A stretch of 50,833 nucleotides of DNA. Source: Bacteroidales bacterium (GTDB lineage Bacteria; Bacteroidota; Bacteroidia; Bacteroidales; FEN-979). Below are positions 34,360 to 44,300 of the stretch, in pieces. Position 1 is the stretch's first letter. Each line of letters starts with the position of its first letter. Both the position numbers and the translations under genes were made by a program. The DNA lies in NCBI GenBank assembly GCA_035403625.1, contig DAONFN010000001.1:1-50833 (forward strand), given 5' to 3'. The notes under the pieces were generated by a model. The model ran no database searches. It saw only the letters and a program-made list of their open reading frames with translations, and was not told the DNA's origin.

Positions 34360-34920
34360 ATGAACGTTTCACTGCTTGCCGGCCGATATGCGAAAGCTCT
34401 CTTCGAACTGGCCCTGGAAAAAGGGGCGATGGAAGAGGTGCACCGCGACAGCCGTCTGATCGAAAAAATATGCGACGAAAGCCGGGACTTCAGGCTGATG
34501 CTGAAAAGCCCGATTCTCGATTCAGGGAAAAAGCTGGCCGTTGTGCGCAGCCTGTTTGCCGGGAAGATCCATGAGTTGACCCTCAACTACCTGCTCATCA
34601 TGATCCGCAAGAAACGCGAACCCTTCATCCCCGCTATCGCCCACCACCTGACGGAGCTCTACCAGGAGTATCATAATATTCTGACGGTCCGCTTCCTTTC
34701 ACCGGCCGAACCCGATGAAGCCACGCGCAGGCAGGTCCTGCAACTGATGGAAAATTATACACATGCCGGGATCGACCTCCGGAGCGAAATTGATGATACG
34801 CTGGTCGGAGGCTTTGTGCTGAAATGGCAGGACAAACAGTATGATGCCAGCATCCGCCGCAAGATCGAAAACATCCGGAGCAAAATCGCAAAAGTAAATT
34901 TGTACAAGAAAGGATTCTGA
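34360..34920 (+). CDS. atpH: F0F1 ATP synthase subunit delta (OSCP)
   Basis: N-terminus LAGRYAKALFELALEKG, 186 aa, and position in the operon. Confidence 0.88.
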   Translation: MNVSLLAGRYAKALFELALEKGAMEEVHRDSRLIEKICDESRDFRLMLKSPILDSGKKLAVVRSLFAGKIHELTLNYLLIMIRKKREPFIPAIAHHLTELYQEYHNILTVRFLSPAEPDEATRRQVLQLMENYTHAGIDLRSEIDDTLVGGFVLKWQDKQYDASIRRKIENIRSKIAKVNLYKKGF

Positions 34921-34956
34921 TCAATCCAATTTTATCATATTGCTATTCAGATAATT

Positions 34957-36546
<1,590 letters not shown>

Positions 36547-36555
36547 CGAACGCCC

Positions 36556-37467
36556 ATGCCCGGACTCAAGGAAGTACGCACCCGGATTGCCTCGGTTAAA
36601 TCGACCCAACAGATCACCAATGCCATGAAAATGGTGGCGGCGTCGAAACTTCGCAGGGCGCAATCGGCCATCCTGAAGCTTCGGCCGTATGCCGGCAAAC
36701 TGCGCGAAATCCTGCAGAACCTCAGCGCCAGCATCGACCAGACGGAGGGAAACATCTATTCGGCCGACCGCAAACCGGTGAAGATCCTGATGGTGGTGAT
36801 CGCCTCGAACCGCGGACTCTGCGGGGCTTTCAACTCCAACATCGTGAAAATGGCGACGGGTCGTATCGCCAACGAATATCGGGAACAGCATGCAGCCGGG
36901 AACGTCGCCCTCCTCACCATCGGCCGGAAGGCCACCGAATATTTCCGGAAAAGGAAATTCAACGTGGCGGAATCGCACGACGAACTCTTCGACCGGCTAA
37001 CCTTTGCCCATGTTTCCGAACTGGCGGAAAAGCTGATGAAAGGGTTTGCCAACCAGGAATATGACCGCATTGAGCTGATCTACAACCAGTTCAAGAATGC
37101 GGCGGTACAGCGGCTCATTGTCGAGCAGTACCTGCCGATCGCTCCGCAGGAGAACAGTCCGGAGTCGGCAGCCGGCAGTCGGCAGTCGGGTGAAATAAAA
37201 CAGGAGACGGATTATATCTTCGAGCCAGACAAGGAAACGATCGTGCGCGAACTGATCCCGAAAACCCTTCGCATCCAGCTTTTCAAGGCAGTGCTCGATT
37301 CCTTTGCCTCGGAACAGGGGGCGCGGATGACCGCCATGCAAAAAGCCACCGAAAATGCCAAGGACCTGCTGCGCGACCTGAACATTTCCTACAACAAAGC
37401 ACGCCAGAATGCCATCACCAACGCCATCCTCGAAATCGTTTCGGGGGCCGAGGCGCTGAAAGGGTGA
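36556..37467 (+). CDS. atpG: F0F1 ATP synthase subunit gamma
   Basis: N-terminus LKEVRTRIASVKSTQQITNAMKMVAASKLRRAQ and C-terminus ARQNAITNAILEIVSGAEALKG. The gene contains an in-frame CAGTCGG tract. Confidence 0.95.
   Translation: MPGLKEVRTRIASVKSTQQITNAMKMVAASKLRRAQSAILKLRPYAGKLREILQNLSASIDQTEGNIYSADRKPVKILMVVIASNRGLCGAFNSNIVKMATGRIANEYREQHAAGNVALLTIGRKATEYFRKRKFNVAESHDELFDRLTFAHVSELAEKLMKGFANQEYDRIELIYNQFKNAAVQRLIVEQYLPIAPQENSPESAAGSRQSGEIKQETDYIFEPDKETIVRELIPKTLRIQLFKAVLDSFASEQGARMTAMQKATENAKDLLRDLNISYNKARQNAITNAILEIVSGAEALKG
37155..37189. repeat. 5 tandem heptamers (C/G)AG(T/C)C(C/G)G inside the atpG CDS
   Basis: Read directly: cagtccg gagtcgg cagccgg cagtcgg cagtcgg, encoding NSPESAAGSRQSG. 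The 14-mer GGCAGTCGGCAGTC is identical to the intergenic tract at 3509-3550. Confidence 0.9.
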
Positions 37468-37476
37468 TGAGATGAT

Positions 37477-37516
37477 GTGCTAATGTGCTGATGTGCTGAT
37501 GTGCTGATGCGCTGAT
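37477..37516. repeat. 5 tandem octamers GTGCT(G/A)AT (3 perfect)
   Basis: Read directly: gtgctaat gtgctgat gtgctgat gtgctgat gcgctgat, starting 10 nt after the atpG stop. It is inverted relative to the tract at 33464-33487. Confidence 0.95.
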
Positions 37517-37563
37517 GAAATCGGGCCGGTGGATGCCTTGTTTCAATGGTGCGATTTATTGCC

Positions 37564-37571
37564 TACCTTTG
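37564..37571 (+). promoter_or_regulatory. -7 promoter box TACCTTTG for ferritin
   Basis: Full TAnnTTTG match 21 bp upstream of the ATG at 37592. This supports 37592 over the ORF-track start at 37529. Confidence 0.6.
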
Positions 37572-37591
37572 CCTTTCCAACACACACCACC

Positions 37592-38131
37592 ATGATCGCC
37601 AAGAACGTTGAAAAAGCCATCAATGAACAGATCAAACGCGAAGAGAACTCCTCTCGCATCTACCTGTCGATGGCCTCATGGGCCGAGCGGAATGGGTACC
37701 CCGGCGCGGCCAACTGGCTGTATGCGCAAACCGAAGAAGAGCGCATCCACATGCTCAAACTGGTTCATTACCTGAACGACCGCGGGGGCACCGCTGTCAT
37801 CCCGGCCCTGGAAGCTCCGGGCGGTAAGTTCAAATCGCTCTCCGATGTCTTCCAGCAGGTGCTGAAACACGAAGAATTCATCTCCGCTTCCATCAACGAT
37901 CTGTACGCTGTTTGCGTAAAGGAAAAGGATTTCACCACGGCCAATTATCTGCAGTGGTACATCACCGAGCAGATCGAGGAGGAGCGCACCGTACGGAGTA
38001 TCCTCGACCAGATCAAGCTGGCCGGCGACGACAAAGGTGGGCTGTTCATGATGGACAAGGAATTCGCTTCCCTGGCTGTCGCCAAAAGGGCCGCCCTGGC
38101 CCAAAGCGGCGGGGCTAACGCAGTAACGTAG
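37592..38131 (+). CDS. ftnA: Non-haem ferritin
   Basis: Ferroxidase-centre contexts INEQIKREENSSRIYLSMASW, EEERIHMLKL and QWYITEQIEEE; 179 aa. Confidence 0.9.
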   Translation: MIAKNVEKAINEQIKREENSSRIYLSMASWAERNGYPGAANWLYAQTEEERIHMLKLVHYLNDRGGTAVIPALEAPGGKFKSLSDVFQQVLKHEEFISASINDLYAVCVKEKDFTTANYLQWYITEQIEEERTVRSILDQIKLAGDDKGGLFMMDKEFASLAVAKRAALAQSGGANAVT

Positions 38132-38669
38132 AAAGCCGGTCGTACCAGCCTTTTCCGTATTTTCTGATCAATGCCTCTTCCAGAAACCGGTAAAGAGGCA
38201 GATTTTCATTTTTCCCCCGCACAAGGGCATCCCGGCAGATGTGCCATTCGTGGTAGTTCACCAGATCGCCGGTGCGCGTCGTCCGGATCCGGACCGGATA
38301 CAGGTGACAGGAAACAGGCTTGGGAAAGGGAATCGCCTTTTCCCGGAAAGCTTTTTCAATCGCACACCGGGTAATACCGTTTTCCAAATACACAAACACA
38401 CATTCGCCTCCTTCCACCAGCGGAGTGACGAATTTTCCCTCCGCGTCGTAATCGAACACGCCGGCTTCTTCTACCTCTTTGACCCCGGCGGGAGTCATGA
38501 AAGGTTTGATCGCTTCGATATGGTCCTCGATCAGCGCGATCTCTTCTTCTTCGAGAGGCGCGCCGGCATCCCCGTCGATGCAGCAGGCGCCTTTGCATTT
38601 TTCAAGGTCGCAGGCAAAACAGACCTCCTTCAGGTCGTCGGAGACCAGGGTGTCGAGCAGGCGGATCAT
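38115..38669 (-). CDS. DUF3109-family Cys-rich protein
   Basis: MIRLLDTLVSDDLKEVCFACDLEKCKGACCIDG... is recognised as the DUF3109 family (CxxC-x5-C-x3-CC cluster plus four further Cys). The 3' end overlaps the ferritin 3' end by 17 bp. Confidence 0.7.
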   Translation of the reverse strand: MIRLLDTLVSDDLKEVCFACDLEKCKGACCIDGDAGAPLEEEEIALIEDHIEAIKPFMTPAGVKEVEEAGVFDYDAEGKFVTPLVEGGECVFVYLENGITRCAIEKAFREKAIPFPKPVSCHLYPVRIRTTRTGDLVNYHEWHICRDALVRGKNENLPLYRFLEEALIRKYGKGWYDRLSTLLR

Positions 38670-39271
38670 TGGTATTTCCAGTTCCGAACTTTCCCTTCAG
38701 CGATCCATTCAACGGCTGTGCTGATCCGCTTTTCACGCGTAGCGTCGGTTTTCGCTTCGGTGATCCAAAGGATGTACTCTCGTTTTTTCCCGTAGGTAAA
38801 TGCGTCGAAATGCTGCCTGGCCGCCTGATTCCGGTTGAGTTCTGCGGCCAGGTCGGCAGGAATTTCCAGCGACTCTTTATCGGCTGTGGAAGGACGGGTG
38901 GTGACCCGTTTTATCCCGCGGTCATTCAATTCTTTGGCCAGTTTCAGGTATTCAAGGAGGATCTTGTCGGGGGGTAGGTCGCTCAGCGACCGGATGCGCC
39001 CGAAATTTCCCATCGCCTTTTCCTCCCGGCCGGCCAGTAAACCATGCGGATCGTCCATCTCCTTCGCTTTCCAGAAGTTGAATGCACAGTGCTCCTTGAA
39101 GGATGCCATGCTGACGTAAACTCCTTTATAGTCAAAGTGAGGAAACCCCCATTTGATCTTTTCTTCGGTGTCGGGACAAGCCCGGTGAACCAATTCGCGG
39201 AGATGGGTGAGAATCGGCCGGGCAAAGTCAGCCGACGATTCTATATAGCGATCGACTTCATTAGTTTTCAT
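38666..39271 (-). CDS. DUF1801 plus YdeI/OmpD-associated family protein
   Basis: N-terminus ...ILTHLRELVHRACPDTEEKIKWGFPHFDYKG (DUF1801-like) and C-terminus KREYILWITEAKTDATREKRISTAVEWIAEGK (YdeI-like). It has a 4-nt overlap with the downstream gene. Confidence 0.7.
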   Translation of the reverse strand: MKTNEVDRYIESSADFARPILTHLRELVHRACPDTEEKIKWGFPHFDYKGVYVSMASFKEHCAFNFWKAKEMDDPHGLLAGREEKAMGNFGRIRSLSDLPPDKILLEYLKLAKELNDRGIKRVTTRPSTADKESLEIPADLAAELNRNQAARQHFDAFTYGKKREYILWITEAKTDATREKRISTAVEWIAEGKVRNWKYQ

Positions 39272-39343
39272 GGTAAAATCATGTTTTTTCGCAAGAATAC
39301 GGATTTTTCATGAAATTTGCAGGGCCTCCCAGGGAAAAAACCC

Positions 39344-41152
39344 ATGAAGAACCTCTGTCTGATTGCCGTCACCCTGACGCTGATTTTTGCTTCCTGCACG
39401 GGAAACAGGAAAGGGGATCAGAATTATGCGGTTGGCAGTCCGGCATGGAGAGTCGATACCGCCAGGGTTAACCGGATCCTGGGGCATCTCCCCCGGTACC
39501 AGATAGCAAATCCCGACAGTGTGATGCAGGTCATCCGCAAAGCCGGTATGATAGCGAGGACTTGCGGATATAAGGAGGGAGAAGGAAATGCCGTTTTCGA
39601 GGAAGGAAACCTGCTTAACAGCCAGAACAGGTGCAAGGAAGCACTTGAAAAGTTCACCGCTGCACAAGCACTGGCGCTGCAATATCATTTTACGCTTCTG
39701 GAAGCACGTTGTCTGGAGCGGATTGCCAGCATCCGGATGAACGACGACACCGACCTGGCATTTAAAATCTATCTGAAAGCGCTTCTGTTATTTGAACGGG
39801 AGAAAGACAGTGCCGGACTTGCCAAGGTGTACAATGTGTTGGGAGTATTCCAGACCGACCGGCATCAGTTTGACAGTGCTGAACGTTTCTTTAACGCTGC
39901 CATCAGGATCAACAGGCATTCAGGGAACACTTATTACCTGATCGAGAACAAAGGCAACCTGGCCCGGATGTACCTGGAAAAAGACGACCTGGAGAAAGCC
40001 GGGAGACTGTTTCACGAACTTGTGGGTGAACTCTGCAGGGAGCACGACAGCACAGCCCTGCAAATCATCTATTATCAACTCGCCATGCTGCACCAGGAAA
40101 AAGGGAATGACGATTCGACGCTGGTTTTCCTTGACCGGGCCATGAAGATTGCCGAACCCGTTGGGGATACTGTTCTGTTGACGACGCTATGCGGGTTTAA
40201 AGGAGAGTTGCTCCTGAGGAAAGGGGTTATTGGTCCGGCGGTGGATTTATTACAGCATTCCGTAGCCCTTGCCCGGGCAATCAACGATATCGAAACCGAA
40301 GCCGAAGCATTGAAGTTTCTTGCTCAGGCAGACTCCATGTCGGGGAATTACAGGGAAGAGATCCGGAAGCGGGAAACCATTGCGATTCTCAAAGATACGA
40401 TGGTCAACAGGAGCCTCCGGAATGACATGAAACAATCGGAGTTGCAGTATGAGAATGAGAAAAAGAAATCGATCATTGAACAGCAGCAGGCACAAATCAA
40501 GGCAGCGATGCGCATTAAAAGACTGTTTATCGCGCTGTTGATCATGTCGGTATTCCTGATCGGGTTGCTGTTTACGGTTCTTTTTCTGCAGCGAAAGAAC
40601 CTCCGGAAGAGCCGGCAATTAGCCGATAATGTGCGACAGATTAAGGACCTGCAGATCGATGCAATGAAAAAAGACCAGGAAATTGACCGCCTGCGTATTG
40701 AAAAGATGGCCGAGGAACTGCAATACAAAGAACGGGAACTACTTGTGCACGTGATGAGCGTCGAACAACGGAACGAACTGCTGACCGATATCGGCAGAAG
40801 GATCCGCGATTCTTTCAGCAATCAAAACGGGGAAGATCATATTCAGAAGGTGAATGAAATCATCGCCAGCATTAAAATGCAACTAAACCAGAACGGGGAA
40901 TCGGTGCTCTTCAACCAGCAGTTCACCCAGGTTCATGAATCGTTCCAGGCCAACCTGGTCAAAGAGCACCCGACCCTGACCAAATCGGAACTGAAATTCT
41001 GTGCCTACCTCCGTCTTAACCTTTCCGGCTCTCAGATTGCCGGCAACCTGAATGTTACCCAGGAGGCGATCCGGAAGACCCGCTACCGGATCCGGAAAAA
41101 GATGAACCTGACCCCAGAAACCTCCCTCGAAACCTATCTGACAAACTTTTAG
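39344..41152 (+). CDS. Transmembrane one-component regulator (lipoprotein signal, TPR region, TM, coiled coil, LuxR/GerE-type HTH); paralogue of 21245..22918
   Basis: MKNLCLIAVTLTLIFASC lipobox (start 39344); TPR-like repeats; TM LFIALLIMSVFLIGLLFTVLFL; C-terminus LTKSELKFCAYLRLNLSGSQIAGNLNVTQEAIRKTRYRIRKKM. Confidence 0.8.
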   Translation: MKNLCLIAVTLTLIFASCTGNRKGDQNYAVGSPAWRVDTARVNRILGHLPRYQIANPDSVMQVIRKAGMIARTCGYKEGEGNAVFEEGNLLNSQNRCKEALEKFTAAQALALQYHFTLLEARCLERIASIRMNDDTDLAFKIYLKALLLFEREKDSAGLAKVYNVLGVFQTDRHQFDSAERFFNAAIRINRHSGNTYYLIENKGNLARMYLEKDDLEKAGRLFHELVGELCREHDSTALQIIYYQLAMLHQEKGNDDSTLVFLDRAMKIAEPVGDTVLLTTLCGFKGELLLRKGVIGPAVDLLQHSVALARAINDIETEAEALKFLAQADSMSGNYREEIRKRETIAILKDTMVNRSLRNDMKQSELQYENEKKKSIIEQQQAQIKAAMRIKRLFIALLIMSVFLIGLLFTVLFLQRKNLRKSRQLADNVRQIKDLQIDAMKKDQEIDRLRIEKMAEELQYKERELLVHVMSVEQRNELLTDIGRRIRDSFSNQNGEDHIQKVNEIIASIKMQLNQNGESVLFNQQFTQVHESFQANLVKEHPTLTKSELKFCAYLRLNLSGSQIAGNLNVTQEAIRKTRYRIRKKMNLTPETSLETYLTNF

Positions 41153-41181
41153 CCCTGACTTTGCCCTGAAAAGCAGGGGCA

Positions 41182-41200
41182 TGTCCGCATTTTGTCCGCA
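41182..41200. promoter_or_regulatory. Direct repeat TGTCCGCA-n3-TGTCCGCA (11-bp spacing)
   Basis: Read directly at 41182-41189 and 41193-41200. It lies 30 bp after the regulator 2 stop and about 33 bp upstream of the -7 box of the giant cargo gene. Confidence 0.4.
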
Positions 41201-41232
41201 ATTCGGTTAGGGAACGAAACACGGGGAGTAAA

Positions 41233-41240
41233 TAACTTTG
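41233..41240 (+). promoter_or_regulatory. -7 promoter box TAACTTTG upstream of the 2067-aa gene
   Basis: Full TAnnTTTG match. It implies a leader of about 125 nt before the ATG at 41372. Confidence 0.45.
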
Positions 41241-41371
41241 ACCAGTTGATAGAATTTATCGGGAGACCGGGATTTTAAGCCTGCCTCCGGTATCGGGTTA
41301 TCAGCAGGCAATGCCGGGTGCAGCTTCTCCGGAAACGCTTTTTCTGTTTATTAATCAACTGAAAACCAACC

Positions 41372-44300
41372 ATGAACAACCTTTATCGGAATTTCACAAA
41401 ATGCTTAATAGTTATTTTCTTTATCATTCTGGGATTTCAGGCCGCCGCGCAAAAGCCTTCGCGTGCCGGTAGTCCGGCCGGAAAACGGTCATGGTTCGAA
41501 TTGATGCAGGATCCCGATTCCCGATTCCAGGACGTGCAGAAAGCGTTCTATAAATACTGGGAAAAGCGACTGAAGATCAAAGAAAAGGAGGCAGAGGAGA
41601 CCGGGGAAACCGAAGAAGAGGGAACAGAGGAGAGCGAAGGAGAAGGATACCAGGTTTTTAAACGCTGGGAATACATCAACAAGCACCGGGTTCTGCCCGA
41701 TGGCCGGCTGCAAGCACCGGGGTACGTTAAAAGCGTATACGACAAATATATGGCTGAACTTGATGCAACCAGTTCCGCGGCCGGGAACTGGGTCAGCCTG
41801 GGGCCCACCGCTTACGTGGGAAATACCTCGGGACAGCCGACCGGCATGGGGCGGCTGAACGCGATCGCCTTTCACCCGACCGATGCAAACACGATCTACG
41901 TCGGAGCCCCTTCGGGAGGGTTTTGGAAAACCACCAGCCTCAACGGCAATTCGACGGTCTGGACAAACCTCAGCAACAATCTTCCCACCCTGGGGGTATC
42001 TTCCATCCTGGTTCACCCCAGCAACCCGAACATCATTTACCTGGGAACAGGCGACCGTGACGCGGCCAACGCCCCCGGCATCGGCGTTTACAAATCCACC
42101 GACGGGGGGGCTACCTGGTCGCAGGTATCCGCGGGGATGGGAAATGTGACGGTCGGCGCCATGGTCATGCTTCCGTCCGATCCGAATACCATCCTTGCCG
42201 CCACCAGCGCGGGGATCTATAAAACCACCAACGGAGGAACCTCCTGGAGCCAGAAGCAATCGGGCGACTTCAAGGATATCAAATTCAAGCCCGGCGACCC
42301 GACCGTAGTGTATGCGGCCCGGAGCATCACCCCGGCTGAATTCTATCGCTCAACCAACACCGGCGATGCCTGGACGAAAAACACCTCCCTTCCTTCAGGA
42401 ACCGGTTCGCGTTCGGTGATCGGCGTCTCCCCGGCTGATCCGTCGTACGTTTACCTGGTGTTGACCAAATCGGACAACACCTTTCTGAGCCTGTACCGCT
42501 CGACCGACTACGGGGTGAACTTCACGGCCATGGCCGCCAGCCCACCCAACATCCTGAGCAGCAACTGCGACGGAACGGGAACCACGACACAAGCCACTTA
42601 CGACCTTTGCATTGCCGTTGATCCGTCGAACATCAATACGGTTTATGTGGGTGGCGTTGACATCTGGAAGTCGACAGACGGCGGGGCTACCTGGGCTATC
42701 AAGGCTATCTGGGCCGGCACTTGTTCCGGAACAGCCTTTCCGGTTCACGCTGATCACCATGTGTTCGAATGGTCGCCCCTTGACGGGAGGCTCTACAACG
42801 GTAACGACGGGGGGCTTTACTATACCGCCAACGGAGGCACGACCTTCACGGAATTGACGGGAGGACTGGCCATTACCCAGGTTTACAAGTTCGGACAGGG
42901 TGTTTCCAATGTCAATTATTGCATATTCGGATGCCAGGATAACGGCTGCGGCGCAACCATGACAGGGACCTCCTTTACTACGGTCAGCGGCGGCGACGGC
43001 GGGGAATGCGAAATTGACTATGCCAACACGAATTATTGCTATGACACCTATGTGAGCGGTTCCATCCGCCGTTCGACGACAGGGCCGATGGGGTCCTATT
43101 CCCAGATCGGGGGCAACGGGGTCAACGGCATTGATGAATCGGCCGACTGGATCATGCCGTACGCCCTGCACCATACAGTCCACACCACCCTGTTTGCGGG
43201 GTATAAGAACATGTGGCGGTCGACCAATATCACCTCTTCGCCCCCCACCTGGGTAAAGATCTCCAGCGGAGAGACCGTGAATTGCGAGGTGATCGAACAA
43301 TCGCCCGTCAACCTTGACCTGCTCTATGCCGTACGGAGCGGATCCATGAAACGGACCGAAAATGCCAACGATGCCGCCGGTTCCGTGACCTGGACCTCCT
43401 GCACGCTCCCCGGTGGCGGCACCCCGACCGACCTGGTGGCCCATCCCACGGATGCCAATACGGTTTATGCCACCGTTAATTACGGTGTGTACAAGTCCAC
43501 CGATAAAGGTGCGACCTGGACGAACATCACCGGGAATCTGCCCGGCCTCTTCATCAACTGTCTGGCTTACGATAAAACAACCAATGAAGGATTGTATGTA
43601 GGCAACCAGACCGGCGTTTGGTACAAAGACGCAACCATGAGCAACTGGATGTTGTTCAGCAACGGGCTTCCGCCGGCGGATGTGCGCGAACTGGAGATCT
43701 ATTACGACGCCAACCCGTCGAACAACCGGATCAAGGCAGGGACGTTCGGACGGGGCATGTGGCAGAGCGACATGGCAGCCGTGACCGTGATCGACCCGAC
43801 CGCCTTTTCGGCTTATGCAGCCAATTCGGCACAGATCAACCTCGGATGGACCAAAAATGCAGCCAACGACAATGTGCTGATTGCTGTTTCTTCCACCGGA
43901 ACATTCGGGCAGCCCGAGGACGGCACCGCCTATTCCGCCGGAAACGCCCTGCCGGCAGGAGGGACGGTTCTCTATAACGGATCGGCTTCAGGGTATAATC
44001 ACACCGGGTTGTCTGTCAATACCAAATATTATTACAAGGCGTGGTCGGTAAACGGAAGTGCGCAGTACTCGGCCGGGCTGGCCCCGATCAGCGCCACCAC
44101 CGATTGCCAGGCCCTGAACTCTTTCCCATACATCTGCACCTTCGACAACACCGACTGCTGGCAGGTGATCGACAACACCGGCAACGGGAGCTGGCTGTTC
44201 GGAAGCACCTCCAATTCAAGCAATCCACCCACCCTCCTGACCTCCCCGTATGCCTATTTCATGAGCAGCCCGGGTTCCCCGGTGAATTACAACTCCGACC

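Noticed and set aside
41166-41179. The CCCTG-aaaag-CAGGG hairpin after regulator 2, considered as a terminator.
   Set aside because: The stem is 5 bp and has no U-tract, so it is too weak to call.
41560-41650. A purine-rich run (GAAGAAGAGGGAACAGAGGAGAGCGAAGGAGAAGGA) in the 2067-aa gene, considered as another member of the tandem-repeat family.
   Set aside because: It has no fixed 7-8-nt period. It encodes an acidic low-complexity linker (EAEETGETEEEGTEESEGEG) typical of secreted multidomain proteins.
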